From: Chitinophaga pinensis
Lineage (GTDB): Bacteria; Bacteroidota; Bacteroidia; Chitinophagales; CAMDFR01
Assembly (NCBI GenBank): GCA_945897725.1
Contig: CAMDFR010000007.1
Span: forward strand, 22,022-86,021
Direction: 5' to 3'
Length of the DNA stretch: 64,000 nt
The position numbers and the translations under genes are program-made. Positions within the stretch are counted from its first letter, which is position 1, and each line of letters opens with the position of its first letter. This document shows positions 9,897 through 20,481 of this stretch, piece after piece. The notes under the pieces are model-generated. The model was not told where the DNA came from and did no database searches. It saw only the letters and a program-made list of their open reading frames with translations.

Positions 9897-11063
9897 TTAT
9901 TGTTTGATGAGCTTTTTTATAGCGATAGCATCATCACCATATATTTTGACAAGGTATGAGCCAGATTTTAATTCGCTTAGATCCAATCTATGATTGAGCG
10001 GCATCGTTTTGATTTGTTGTAGCAAGCGTCCTTGTAAATCTAAAATCTCGACCTTATTATATTCAATGCCGTCCATTATCACATATTGATTGCAAGGATT
10101 TGGATACATGAAAATATCTTTTTGTTTTTCTGTGAATGTATTTTCTATGTCGAGCAGTTGTGTTGGTACACATCTGTAGAAAGCACTGGTATTCGACATT
10201 AGTGATTCTGTAAATGTCTGTTGGGTTCCTGTGGCGGTAAAGTATTGAGTGGAATAAGCTCCAGCTGCATTAAAATGCGAAGAAGGAATAAGAGAGAAAA
10301 CATTGTACCTTAAAAGAGCATAATTTTCGCCAGCAGTGAGTGAGTCAATTTTGATGGTGGCAGTGATCAATTCAGGCGCTTCACCAATACTTACATTCGG
10401 TTCGTCCCATCTATTGATAGATAATTGTACTGGTTTGGTGACATGCTCATCATCTTTAATACCAGTTACCGCACATGCATAATCAATGTTTTGTGGAATA
10501 CAATAAGTAAAGCTGGCACCATTTCCCATCATACTTCTATTATCCCATATAGATTGAAAAGTCCTATTTACAGAGGAAGGATCGTAGCATGTATTATAGA
10601 TGAGTTCGTCGGTGCTAATAAAGGTAGTGGTATCTACCGATGTGAAACCTATGGCCGGAATGATGTGGTCATATTCTGTGTTTGTCTCTCCATTTACATA
10701 GACAGCGATGATGACTGGATGTGCTTTAGCTAATTGTTTTTTAAGCCAAACTAGATAATTTTGATATTGAGGCGCTGGTTTGGTATAGTCCCAAACCTCA
10801 ATATTGAACGCCATTTTATCTAATGCTACTTCAGCATTGTCATTGCCAATTAAAACTTCTCCACCAGCGATTTCTCTACACATATTTTGAGAAATATAAT
10901 TGCCATAATAAAGTCCTATCATTTGTATAGAAGTCTCGCCACAATAGCCGCCGTCATTATCCCATTGTAGTCGTGCGGGGATATTTAAATGACGACTTAC
11001 TTGACTTGATACTGCAATACTAGAGAGCAGTAATACGAGTACATAATAAAATTTTTGTTTCAT
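9897..11063 (-). CDS. Secreted C39-like (papain-fold) cysteine peptidase-family protein with a T9SS type-A C-terminal sorting domain.
   Basis: Signal peptide. DNDGGYCGETSIQMIGLYYG (candidate catalytic Cys) and YDHIIPAIGF (candidate catalytic His) resemble the Peptidase_C39_2/BtrH-like fold. C-terminal CTD (YPNPCNQYVIM...SGSYLVKIYGDDAIAIKKLIKQ). Confidence 0.55.
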   Translation of the reverse strand: MKQKFYYVLVLLLSSIAVSSQVSRHLNIPARLQWDNDGGYCGETSIQMIGLYYGNYISQNMCREIAGGEVLIGNDNAEVALDKMAFNIEVWDYTKPAPQYQNYLVWLKKQLAKAHPVIIAVYVNGETNTEYDHIIPAIGFTSVDTTTFISTDELIYNTCYDPSSVNRTFQSIWDNRSMMGNGASFTYCIPQNIDYACAVTGIKDDEHVTKPVQLSINRWDEPNVSIGEAPELITATIKIDSLTAGENYALLRYNVFSLIPSSHFNAAGAYSTQYFTATGTQQTFTESLMSNTSAFYRCVPTQLLDIENTFTEKQKDIFMYPNPCNQYVIMDGIEYNKVEILDLQGRLLQQIKTMPLNHRLDLSELKSGSYLVKIYGDDAIAIKKLIKQ

Positions 11064-11142
11064 GTCGAACTTTGCTTGATGAACAAAATTAATGAAATAA
11101 ATGAAGAAGAGGCTGCTTATTGAAGACAGCTGTGGCAGTGTA

Positions 11143-11496
11143 TTAGCTGAGGATTTGGTTTAACCAGCTTTTGATTTGCTTTTTTAAGCTAGCATTCAGT
11201 ATTAATATCTCTACTCTTCTGATCTTTAGCGCTTTCCCTTTGAGCAGTTGATTTGGATCTTCTAATATATGACCATTAAAAAAGCCCAATTCAATATGTT
11301 TATTGATCGCCTTTATGCAGATAAATGCTAGGTCGGTATCTGCTTTGTAAAAAGTAATTCTACCAAATTTAATCTTCTCTTTGATGTCTTTATTTGAAGT
11401 GCGTATCACCTCTCTAATTGCCAAAACCAACTCTAATTTGGCATCATCCAACTGCACTATTATACTTTGAATATTTGAATCTAACGAAAAGGGCAT
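11143..11496 (-). CDS. DUF1801 (YdhG-like) domain protein.
   Basis: Size and sequence pattern (KFGRITFY, HIELGFFNG) are typical of DUF1801. It lies 2 nt downstream of the SDR gene. Confidence 0.5.
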   Translation of the reverse strand: MPFSLDSNIQSIIVQLDDAKLELVLAIREVIRTSNKDIKEKIKFGRITFYKADTDLAFICIKAINKHIELGFFNGHILEDPNQLLKGKALKIRRVEILILNASLKKQIKSWLNQILS

Positions 11497-11497
11497 T

Positions 11498-12421
11498 TTA
11501 AGAATAGCTTATTGAAGTGAGGACCTCAGAAGCTTTCCAAAGTTTGCTTGCATTTTCTTTTGTTAAGAATACACTATCGGTCTGCACCAAAATGGGATCA
11601 CCTTTCATCTCTCTTCTTCCATTTGGGCCATAATAGTCTCGGCCCTTTGTTGTTGGATCTACCGACGCACGAAGTTCAGGTAATGTGCCCCTTCTGGCTT
11701 CCTGCATCATCAAAAGCATCAAGGGTCTGAGGAATGTTGTTAGCCATGCTGGCGCAAGATGACTAAACAAATTCGTGTCTGACACCCCTGGATGTGCCGA
11801 TACAGCCATACAATCTATCTGCTGCGTTTCAAAAAAAGTTTGCAATCCATCAGTGAATAGTAGATTGGCCAATTTAGAGCTTCGGTATGCTTGATAAGGA
11901 GAATAATTTATGCCATCCTTACAAAGTAGGTTATCAAAATCGATGCTGGCTTTTTTATGTGCAATGCTACTTACATTGACAACTCTTGATTTTGGACAGT
12001 TTTTTAAACAATCAAGTAAGAGACCAGTAAGTGCAAAATGTCCAAGATGATTGGTCCCTAACTGACTTTCAAAACCATCTTTTGTCAATTGATAGGGAGT
12101 CATCATGATTCCTGCATTATTCAATAAAATGTCCAATGTTGGATGGTTTTTTTTAAAGTCTACAGCGAATGTTCTGATCGAAGCTAGATCAGCTAAGTCA
12201 AGTTTTGAAACCGTAATATTCGCCTTGGGATTTAGTTTCAAGACTTCTTGTTTCGCTTTTTCTCCTTTTGCAGTAGAACGACAAGCCATAATGATATTGG
12301 CATTTTTAGCAGCATAGGCATGTATTGCTTCCAAGCCTAATCCACTATTGCCACCTGTTACAATAATTGTTTTGCTTGTAAGATCGGGAATGTTGTCAGT
12401 AGTCCAAGTAGTTGCACTCAT
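11498..12421 (-). CDS. SDR family oxidoreductase (retinol-dehydrogenase/WWOX-like).
   Basis: TIIVTGGNSGLGLE Rossmann motif, NNAG, and catalytic YRSSKLANLLF (YxxxK). Confidence 0.8.
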   Translation of the reverse strand: MSATTWTTDNIPDLTSKTIIVTGGNSGLGLEAIHAYAAKNANIIMACRSTAKGEKAKQEVLKLNPKANITVSKLDLADLASIRTFAVDFKKNHPTLDILLNNAGIMMTPYQLTKDGFESQLGTNHLGHFALTGLLLDCLKNCPKSRVVNVSSIAHKKASIDFDNLLCKDGINYSPYQAYRSSKLANLLFTDGLQTFFETQQIDCMAVSAHPGVSDTNLFSHLAPAWLTTFLRPLMLLMMQEARRGTLPELRASVDPTTKGRDYYGPNGRREMKGDPILVQTDSVFLTKENASKLWKASEVLTSISYS

Positions 12422-12617
12422 AGATGGTGTGATTATAGATTAAATGATTCGCAATGATAAATCAATAAAATCTATCAGCGCATTATGTTTACAGAAAATT
12501 ATAATAAATAGTTCAATTTTTTTTAAAAATAAAGACATTGTATGCGAATGAATCTGTTGTTGTCAAAGGCATTACAAAAGTCGTTTCAATCTTTTGTAAA
12601 CACAGCAAATGGCCCAC

Positions 12618-13265
12618 TTATTTTTCGCTTTGTAGATTTTTGATATCTTCCGCCAATCCTTTCATTTCAAGGCTTAGCGTACCATTATAAATACCACGAA
12701 TTCTTTTATTCTTGTCGACTAAAATCAAATGCTCTGTGTGTAAAAAATCAGTACTGTCTTTGCTAAATCCAATTTCTTCTTCTGCGTAATAAGAAGTCCG
12801 CGCCAATTGATAAATATCATTTTTGTTACCTGTTAAGAAATGCCATTGATCATTGTTGATTTGATTGTCTTTTTTATACCTTTTTAAAACGAAGGCTTTG
12901 TCTATCCATGGTGTTACTGAATAAGATAAAAAAACGACCGACGCATCACCTCGAAATTGATCACTCACCAACTTTAAGTTTCTTGTCATTGTTGGACATA
13001 TACTACCACATGAAGTAAATATAAAATTAGCAACATGAATTTTCCCTTCGATATCTTTTTGCGTAACGAGGTTACTATCTTGATCTAAGAATGTAAAATC
13101 CCTGATTTGATGTTGAATTTTACCAGCGATGTCTTGTTCATTCTGAATGAAAATGGGACTAAACTCGGGCTCGTTATAATAAGGCAGTGCAATCCTTGCA
13201 GGCTTTTTATCAATGCAAGCCAATAACAACAAACTACTGAACAACAAAAATACTATCCGATACAT
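12618..13265 (-). CDS. SCO1/SenC family copper chaperone (thioredoxin-fold lipoprotein).
   Basis: Lipoprotein signal (LLLLACIDKK). CxxxC copper-binding motif FTSCGSICP and a conserved downstream His region. Confidence 0.8.
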   Translation of the reverse strand: MYRIVFLLFSSLLLLACIDKKPARIALPYYNEPEFSPIFIQNEQDIAGKIQHQIRDFTFLDQDSNLVTQKDIEGKIHVANFIFTSCGSICPTMTRNLKLVSDQFRGDASVVFLSYSVTPWIDKAFVLKRYKKDNQINNDQWHFLTGNKNDIYQLARTSYYAEEEIGFSKDSTDFLHTEHLILVDKNKRIRGIYNGTLSLEMKGLAEDIKNLQSEK

Positions 13266-13830
13266 TTTTACAATTTTTTGTTCCTAATAAGCCATATCGT
13301 TTTCCATTGATGATGATGTAATTGGCTTTTATTTTTCCATTCTCATACCAAAATTTTTGTTCTCCTTCTTCTTGTCCATTTTTAAAATGCGCCAAATGAC
13401 TTAACTGTCCATCGATTGTCCATTCTTTCATGACGCCTTCATATCTATCATCCTTGGCTACAAATTCGAATTTCTTATGTCCATTTTCCCAATAGGCTAC
13501 TTGAGCTCCATTTTTTTGCCCATCACTGTAAAATCGCTGTTCCTTGAGGTGCTGTTTCGAATAGAATTTTTGTGTGATGCCTTCCTCTTTTCCATTTAGA
13601 TAGGAAACAATAGAGACGGTATCTTTACTGAGCGTGTCTATTTCGTATAGAAATCCATTATAAGGTTTGTCTCCCTTGAAGACAATTCCATTTTTGATTG
13701 TGATATCTGCAGCGCAAATAGGATAATAGACCTTCGGAATCTGTCCTTTGGTGTAGAGGAAAGCATTTGATTTCCAATCTTTGCATGAACTTAGAACAAA
13801 AAACAGTAGAATGAAAAACGAATAGTTCAT
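13234..13830 (-). CDS. YwqK-like / MORN-repeat-variant lipoprotein.
   Basis: Lipobox (VLSSCKD). Repeated G-x-x-x-Y/W-x-N-G-x units (WENGHKKFEF, YENGKIKANY). Overlaps the SCO gene by 32 nt. Confidence 0.55.
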   Translation of the reverse strand: MNYSFFILLFFVLSSCKDWKSNAFLYTKGQIPKVYYPICAADITIKNGIVFKGDKPYNGFLYEIDTLSKDTVSIVSYLNGKEEGITQKFYSKQHLKEQRFYSDGQKNGAQVAYWENGHKKFEFVAKDDRYEGVMKEWTIDGQLSHLAHFKNGQEEGEQKFWYENGKIKANYIIINGKRYGLLGTKNCKNVSDSIFVVQ

Positions 13831-13832
13831 CT

Positions 13833-14579
13833 TTATTTTGAAACGGTTCCTGCATCACCATAGAATCCATTCCCATTAAGATAGGGAGCTTCGGTCGTAA
13901 AATGATAATGATAAATGCCATCGGGATAATCTACTGTTGCATGCGTGTGCCCGTGATAATCATCCAACATACTATTGGTAACACTTGTGCCATCTTCTTC
14001 TTCAGGACCATAGACAGGAAACCCATCTAATAAAAAACCTAAGAGTCCAGATTTGGTTGATTTTACTGTAGTCAGATATAAAGGCTCCACATGATAATGA
14101 TATTGTCCGGAGTTTTGTGGATGTCCCCAATATTGATCAAATCCATTGATTTCATTGGTAAGTGTTGCACCCATGGCAGCATACTGATTAAAAAATGGAA
14201 CACCATTCAAAGATACACCAATAGGACCACCCGGCGTAGAGGCGTGATTGCTCGCCACTTTCGGATTCACAGGTATTTTAAATGTTAGGCTCTGTTCTGA
14301 AATGCTGTTCGGATTTTTTGCAAATGTATTACCACCATAGGTAGTGCCGCTAAAGGCTTCGTATAAAGCATTGGAGCTTGAATAGTAAACACTTTTGTGA
14401 TCGGGTAATCCCTTTGTTTTAATGGTGATAAAACTCCCATCGTTGGTGATGCTTGTAGCCCCATAGATTTTATTATAAATGGCGGGCACCTCTTGTGATT
14501 CTTTCTTACAAGCTACACCTACTATTGTCATAAATACGCCAATGAAGATGATATTTATAATGGATTGTGGACTTTTCAT
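13833..14579 (-). CDS. YHYH domain lipoprotein (putative metal-binding).
   Basis: Lipobox (VGVACKK). Motifs GQYHYHVEP and DYHGHTHATVDYPDGIYHYHF are characteristic of the YHYH family. Confidence 0.7.
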   Translation of the reverse strand: MKSPQSIINIIFIGVFMTIVGVACKKESQEVPAIYNKIYGATSITNDGSFITIKTKGLPDHKSVYYSSSNALYEAFSGTTYGGNTFAKNPNSISEQSLTFKIPVNPKVASNHASTPGGPIGVSLNGVPFFNQYAAMGATLTNEINGFDQYWGHPQNSGQYHYHVEPLYLTTVKSTKSGLLGFLLDGFPVYGPEEEDGTSVTNSMLDDYHGHTHATVDYPDGIYHYHFTTEAPYLNGNGFYGDAGTVSK

Positions 14580-14682
14580 ATGTATGTTTTTAAATGATTT
14601 AATTATCGCTGCTTTACATTTAGAAGTCGAATTGATTATTTTCCTTCGCTCTTAGAATCATTAATTTTTGTTAAGTACTCAT

Positions 14683-15051
14683 TTACTCCGCAGAAAGTTC
14701 TGCCAAATAAAATTGTTTAGCGGAAGCGATGAGTTGAAATTTTCTGATACTCCCGTCATCATCTGGAAAGCTTATAATACAAGTGTTTTCATCCTTCCAG
14801 TCGAATTTTATGGTTGTTTCAGAAAGGGTCTTTGCCTGTTGTTCAAAGTGTAAACTGCCTTTCTCAAAACCATAAACCTTCGCAGATAAATCGACAGCCC
14901 AAGGATCGAGAGGACTTATTTTTGAGGCATCTACCGTAATGATTACCTTACCCTCCTTATAGTTATTACTGAAGTTTATATGTTGAGGCTTGCATGAACT
15001 TAGAAAGAATAGAAAGCTGATCACGAAGGAAAGTGAAAAAATATTTTTCAT
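14683..15051 (-). CDS. Small lipoprotein, hypothetical.
   Basis: Signal peptide plus lipobox (FLSSCKP). It is the first gene of the minus-strand cluster lipoprotein-YHYH-YwqK-SCO. Confidence 0.45.
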   Translation of the reverse strand: MKNIFSLSFVISFLFFLSSCKPQHINFSNNYKEGKVIITVDASKISPLDPWAVDLSAKVYGFEKGSLHFEQQAKTLSETTIKFDWKDENTCIISFPDDDGSIRKFQLIASAKQFYLAELSAE

Positions 15052-15295
15052 AACATTGAATTTGATGTGAAGAATGAAGAGAGTTTTGAATGGTATTTAA
15101 CAAAGCGTCATCACATAACAAACTTAGCTTAATTCTTAAAAATGGCTGATTTTAATTTGGACTTATCTTTATTTATATAAATGGTCTTTGACCTTGTAAT
15201 AGGGTGTTTATGTACTAAAAAAAAATATTAAATTCTCAAATCAAAATTTAGATAAAAGATAACATTTGAGTCAATGTAGCGTTACGAAATATCTT

Positions 15296-18200
15296 TTAAT
15301 CTTCTACATCAAAAGTATGGACTATTTCTTCCTCAGAAGCTAAAGGACTCGTGAATAAATCATCTTCGATGATCTTTGTTTCCCATATTTTTTTTGCATC
15401 AGGCTTGATGAAGGAAATATTTACCCCCGGCATCCTCTCCAATTCATCGAGTAATTCATTATTCAAATTGATTTTCGACTTCTTATAAATGGTGTCTACT
15501 ACAAATTGATTGCCTTTGTCGATAAGCATAATTTTTACAAATTTTGTACCATTGTATTTTGTAAATAAGGCTTGTAAATTTTCAATCAATACAGAATTCA
15601 CCTTCTCATAGTCTATGCTGATAAAAAGTTCCTTGGTTAATTTATCTTTCACCTCGCTTAATAATTCCATGCTCAGAATCTCAATTTCGTGTTCGCCATT
15701 TTCTTTCCATTTACTTTTCATATAGTTACAACTCACAAAGATCAAGTTTCCTGCCTCATCAATAAAATTTTTGAAGTCGAGGTATTTCTTTTTAAACAAC
15801 ATAAATTCTCGGCTACCAGAAAAGTCTTCAATCACAAATCGACCATACTTATTCCCAGATTTATCAAACTTGGTGGTAGCTGAGGTAACTATACCAGCGA
15901 TTTTAAATTGGTTTCCTTTTCTGTTTTCGATGTCACTGATTTTACAGTTGGCATAGGTATTGATTTCACGCGTATAATCATCCAGGGGATGACCACTAAT
16001 ATAGATGCCTGTTACTTCTTTTTCTTTGTTCAATTTGTCCATCAAAGTCCACTCGTCGCATTTCGGTATCGCTGGCTCTGATGTTGAATCCATAACGCTT
16101 TCGCCAAACAAAGAGTTTTGCATAGAGTTTAAAGATGCTTGTATTTGATTGCCATATTTGATGGCTCTTTCAATCACAGAATCTCCAGGATTAACTTCAA
16201 AGAAATATTGTGCTCGATGCATATTATTAAAGCAATCAAAGCCACCACCATAGGCCAAACCATCATATGCTTTTTTATTTACACTACGTGTATTTACCCT
16301 TTTAGCAACATCGAAAATACTTTTATAGGGGCCATTTACTGTTCTTTCTTTTATTAATTCTTCTACGGCAGCACCTCCAACGCCTTTTAGGGCTGTCAAT
16401 GCAAAGCGAACGGCTCCTTGTCTATTGACTGCAAAATTTACATCACTCTCATTCACATCTGGTCCCAATACTTTTAGTCCCATACGTTTACATTCTTGTA
16501 AAAAGAATTTGACGTTGGTGATGTCATGCATATTATGAGTCAACACAGACGACATAAATTCGGCAGGATAATGCGCTTTTAAATAGGCCGTTTGAAAAGC
16601 TAAGAAGGCATAACAAGTTGAATGCGATTTATTGAAAGCATACGAGGCAAAGGCTTCCCAGTCTGTCCAAACTTTATCACAAGTTTTTTCTTCATGACCG
16701 TTGCTTTTGCAACCTTCCATAAATTTAGCCTTCATTTTGTCTAGCACATCCTTCTGTTTCTTACCCATGGCTTTTCTCAAGACATCAGCTTCACCTTTTG
16801 TAAAGTTGGCAAGCTTTTGAGAAAGTAACATCACCTGTTCTTGATAGACAGTAATACCATAGGTCTCAGCCAAAAATTCATCCATCCCTACTAAATCATA
16901 CTTAATAGTTTCTCTTCCATGTCTACGATTCACAAAATCTGGAATATACTTGATAGGACCTGGGCGATACAAGGCATTCATGGCAATCAAATCTTCAAAC
17001 TTATCAGGTTTTAAATCCCTCAAATATTTCTGCATACCAGGACTTTCATACTGAAAAATACCAACGGTTTCTCCGCGCTGAAAGAGCTCGTATGTTTTCT
17101 CGTCATCCAATGGAATTTCATCAGCTTCTATCGAAATACCATGGCCCTTTTCAACCAATTTAATAGCATCTTTAATAATCGTTAAAGTTCGAAGACCGAG
17201 GAAATCCATCTTTAACAATCCTGATTTTTCAATAACACTATTATCAAATTGAGTTACTAATAAATCAGAATCCTTAGCTCTAGTAACAGGAATATATTTT
17301 GTGATATCATCTGGTGTGATGATGATTCCACAAGCATGGATACCTGTATTTCTAACAGAACCTTCTAGTTTAACGGCGATGTTAATCATCTCCGCAATAT
17401 CATCTGTGCCTTCTGCTAATTTTCGAAAATCGTTTGCGGCTTTCAGTTGCTCGCTATTTAAGTCGCCTTTTAATTTTTCGTCAATACCGCCTTTCTTCAA
17501 TACTTTGCGTAAAGAAGCACTGAGGTGGTCTGGAAATGCTTTGGTCACGGCAGTCACCTCACTTAATGGAATATTCAAAACCCTTCCTACATCTTTAATA
17601 GAAGATTTTGCGGCCATACTTCCATAAGTAATGATTTGGGCTACTTGGTTCTGGCCATATTTTTTAACCACATAGTCAATCACTTTTTCTCGTCCTTCAT
17701 CATCAAAATCGATATCGATATCGGGCATGGATACCCTTTCTGGATTTAAGAAACGCTCAAAAAGTAAATTGTATTTTATAGGGTCAACATTGGTGATGCC
17801 TAATGCATAAGCTACCGCAGAGCCCGCAGCAGAGCCCCTTCCAGGCCCAACAGATACATGCTGTCTTCTTGCTTCGGATGTAAAATCTTGTACAATTAAA
17901 AAGTAGCCTTCATAACCCGACGAGAGAATGACTTTTAACTCAAAATTTAATCGCTCTTCAACTTCTGCAAGGATGACACCATATTTTTTCTTTGCCCCTT
18001 CGAATGTTAAGAAGGTTAGGTAATCGCCTTGTGTTGCAAAGCCTTCAGGCAATACATAATTGGGCAATAAAATATCTCTACTCAGTTTTGGAGTTGTTAT
18101 CGAATCAACAATAATATTTGTATTATCTAATGCTTGAGGAATATCATGGAAAATTTTTTCCATCTCAGCTGTTGTCTTAAAGAAATATTGATTGTTTGGA

Positions 18201-18955
18201 AATGCAAATCGAAATCCCTTGCCTTCACCTTTTGGGGTACTGCGTTGGTCGCCTGTATTTACACAAAGTAAGATATCGTGGGCATCTGCATCATCCTCAT
18301 TGATATAATGCGAATCATTGGTGGCAATAACAGGAATGCCATACTTGTTGGAGAAACCCAATAACACCTGATTGACATCTTCTTGCGACATACCTGTACC
18401 ATCGAGATTGAGTAGATCATGTCTCTGTAATTCTATAAAATAATTGCCTTCCCCAAAAATGTCTAACCATTCCCGAAAAATAAGTTCTGCTTCTTCCACT
18501 CCTTTTTTAAGAATCGCTTGTGGCACTTCTGCACCAATGCAACAGGTCGTGGCAATCAATCCTTCGCTATATTGTTTAATCAATTCTTTATCTATACGTG
18601 GATACTTGCCATAGAGGCCTTCTAAAAAGCCCAAAGAACAAAGCTTAGAAAGATTTTCGTAGCCAATCTGATTTTTTGCTAAAATCAATTGGTGATAACG
18701 GACATCTTTTTCTGCTTTCGTGAAACTTTGTATCCTTCTGTCTTTTACTACATAAAATTCACAACCGATAATAGGCTTGATACCAGCTTTTTCCGCTTCA
18801 TTCACAAATTGAAAAGCACCAAACATGTTTCCATGATCGGTTAAGGCTACAGCACGCATGCCATCTGCTTTCGCTTTGGCCATCATGCCAGGAATACTAG
18901 CAGCACCATCGAGTAAGGAAAACTGTGAATGACAATGTAAATGACTAAACTGCAT
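15296..18955 (-). CDS. dnaE: DNA polymerase III alpha subunit.
   Basis: 1219 aa. N-terminal PHP domain (HLHCHSQFSLLDGAASIP, ALTDHGNMFGAFQF), followed by polymerase core and OB-fold regions. Confidence 0.97.
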   Translation of the reverse strand: MQFSHLHCHSQFSLLDGAASIPGMMAKAKADGMRAVALTDHGNMFGAFQFVNEAEKAGIKPIIGCEFYVVKDRRIQSFTKAEKDVRYHQLILAKNQIGYENLSKLCSLGFLEGLYGKYPRIDKELIKQYSEGLIATTCCIGAEVPQAILKKGVEEAELIFREWLDIFGEGNYFIELQRHDLLNLDGTGMSQEDVNQVLLGFSNKYGIPVIATNDSHYINEDDADAHDILLCVNTGDQRSTPKGEGKGFRFAFPNNQYFFKTTAEMEKIFHDIPQALDNTNIIVDSITTPKLSRDILLPNYVLPEGFATQGDYLTFLTFEGAKKKYGVILAEVEERLNFELKVILSSGYEGYFLIVQDFTSEARRQHVSVGPGRGSAAGSAVAYALGITNVDPIKYNLLFERFLNPERVSMPDIDIDFDDEGREKVIDYVVKKYGQNQVAQIITYGSMAAKSSIKDVGRVLNIPLSEVTAVTKAFPDHLSASLRKVLKKGGIDEKLKGDLNSEQLKAANDFRKLAEGTDDIAEMINIAVKLEGSVRNTGIHACGIIITPDDITKYIPVTRAKDSDLLVTQFDNSVIEKSGLLKMDFLGLRTLTIIKDAIKLVEKGHGISIEADEIPLDDEKTYELFQRGETVGIFQYESPGMQKYLRDLKPDKFEDLIAMNALYRPGPIKYIPDFVNRRHGRETIKYDLVGMDEFLAETYGITVYQEQVMLLSQKLANFTKGEADVLRKAMGKKQKDVLDKMKAKFMEGCKSNGHEEKTCDKVWTDWEAFASYAFNKSHSTCYAFLAFQTAYLKAHYPAEFMSSVLTHNMHDITNVKFFLQECKRMGLKVLGPDVNESDVNFAVNRQGAVRFALTALKGVGGAAVEELIKERTVNGPYKSIFDVAKRVNTRSVNKKAYDGLAYGGGFDCFNNMHRAQYFFEVNPGDSVIERAIKYGNQIQASLNSMQNSLFGESVMDSTSEPAIPKCDEWTLMDKLNKEKEVTGIYISGHPLDDYTREINTYANCKISDIENRKGNQFKIAGIVTSATTKFDKSGNKYGRFVIEDFSGSREFMLFKKKYLDFKNFIDEAGNLIFVSCNYMKSKWKENGEHEIEILSMELLSEVKDKLTKELFISIDYEKVNSVLIENLQALFTKYNGTKFVKIMLIDKGNQFVVDTIYKKSKINLNNELLDELERMPGVNISFIKPDAKKIWETKIIEDDLFTSPLASEEEIVHTFDVED

Positions 18956-19125
18956 GAAGCTTTAAATTTCTGTTTGAATGATAAATGAAATGTTGGAATA
19001 GTAAAAGAATCGGGCCTTGATAATTCATTACAAAGGAACAAAATATCCTTATATTTATGTTTTAATTCAAAGACTAATTTTCAACATGATTGTGGATTAC
19101 TTAAGTCAAACTTAAATTATACCTA

Positions 19126-20262
19126 ATGAGAAATATTTTTATTTTAATGCTACTTTGCTGTAGCTTTTTTTTAGTAGAGGCACAATCCAATATTACCAAG
19201 TCATTTGTCTTCGGTGGACTTACTCGAGATTATATCATACATCTTCCAACCGGTTATTCAACCTCCACTAAATATCCGGTGGTTTTTAATTTGCATGGTT
19301 ATTCTTCTAATGCTACAGAAGAGCAATTCTATACAAAGATGGATAATGTGGCAAATACCGATGCTCAGCGTTTTATTGTGATATATCCTAATGGTGTTGC
19401 AAATGCTTGGAATTCTTGGTTAGCAGGTGGCATTGACGATGTAGGATTTATTTCTGAAATCATAGATTCCATGAATGCGCAGTATAATATAGATTTGAAT
19501 AGAGTATACTCCTGTGGAATGAGCAATGGTGGTTTTCAAAGTTATCGCATGGCTTGCGAGTTGAGTAATAGGATTGTTGCTATAGCAAGTGTTACAGGAA
19601 GTATGTCAAATTATGTATATGCCAATTGCAATCCTTCTCGTGCCGTTCCTGTTTTGGAAATCCATGGCACCGCAGATATCACAGTACCTTATAATGGTTT
19701 AACGGGAAGCAAGAATACTGAAACGGTTGTTCAGTTTTGGAAAGATCATAATGCTTGTGGCACATCTGACACTACTGCGGTTGCTAATATTTCTTTAACG
19801 GATAACTGTACGGTCGATAAAATTAAATACAATACTTGTAACGAAGCTTCCAAAGTATGGTTATTCAAAGTATGGGATGGCGGCCATACTTGGCCAGATG
19901 CTTTAATCGATATTGTTGGAATCAATACCAATCATGATATCAATGCTAGTCAAGAAATATGGGATTTTTTCAAACAATTTTCATTTAGTGAGGCTACTGG
20001 AATGAACTCTGAAATACAAAATATAGCTAAGTTACAGCTGTTTCCCAATCCTGCCAATGACCAATTCACCATCAGTGCAGATAGTCCTTTACAAAAAATT
20101 ATAGTGTGTGATGTATTCGGTAATATGGTTCAAACAATATCGCTACAGAATGAGTTTGAATCAAGGCTTTCGATCTTAAATCTAGCAAACGGTGTTTATA
20201 CAGTACAGGTGATTAACGCCGAGAATATGTCAAGCACGCAGAAGTTGTTTGTCTTGCATTAA
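19126..20262 (+). CDS. Secreted alpha/beta-hydrolase esterase of the PHB-depolymerase (LpqC-like) family with a T9SS type-A CTD.
   Basis: Signal peptide. YPVVFNLHGY...IVIYPNG and the GxSxG nucleophile elbow GMSNGG. C-terminal LFPNPANDQFTI...VYTVQVIN CTD. Confidence 0.75.
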   Translation: MRNIFILMLLCCSFFLVEAQSNITKSFVFGGLTRDYIIHLPTGYSTSTKYPVVFNLHGYSSNATEEQFYTKMDNVANTDAQRFIVIYPNGVANAWNSWLAGGIDDVGFISEIIDSMNAQYNIDLNRVYSCGMSNGGFQSYRMACELSNRIVAIASVTGSMSNYVYANCNPSRAVPVLEIHGTADITVPYNGLTGSKNTETVVQFWKDHNACGTSDTTAVANISLTDNCTVDKIKYNTCNEASKVWLFKVWDGGHTWPDALIDIVGINTNHDINASQEIWDFFKQFSFSEATGMNSEIQNIAKLQLFPNPANDQFTISADSPLQKIIVCDVFGNMVQTISLQNEFESRLSILNLANGVYTVQVINAENMSSTQKLFVLH

Positions 20263-20481
20263 TCAATGGTTTCTTGGGCGTATCAGTGGCTTTGAAAATA
20301 ACGCTACGATGCAGCATCAAAGTATTCAAAAGCTTTTGCTATAGACCGCCACTGTCGGGTGTTTCGTTTCTATCTTTTTATGGAATAGGCAGTGTAAATA
20401 GCAAGTTTACCAAATAAAAAGGATAACACTTCACCCCCTTACGCAATGCTCAGACAAAGGGGTTCAATTGTGCATAAAAGT

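Noticed and set aside
20436-20465. CCCCTT-N16-AAGGGG hairpin downstream of the permease-SUI1 gene as a terminator.
   Set aside because: The stem is short with a long loop, and no T-run follows immediately on either strand. I left it unannotated.
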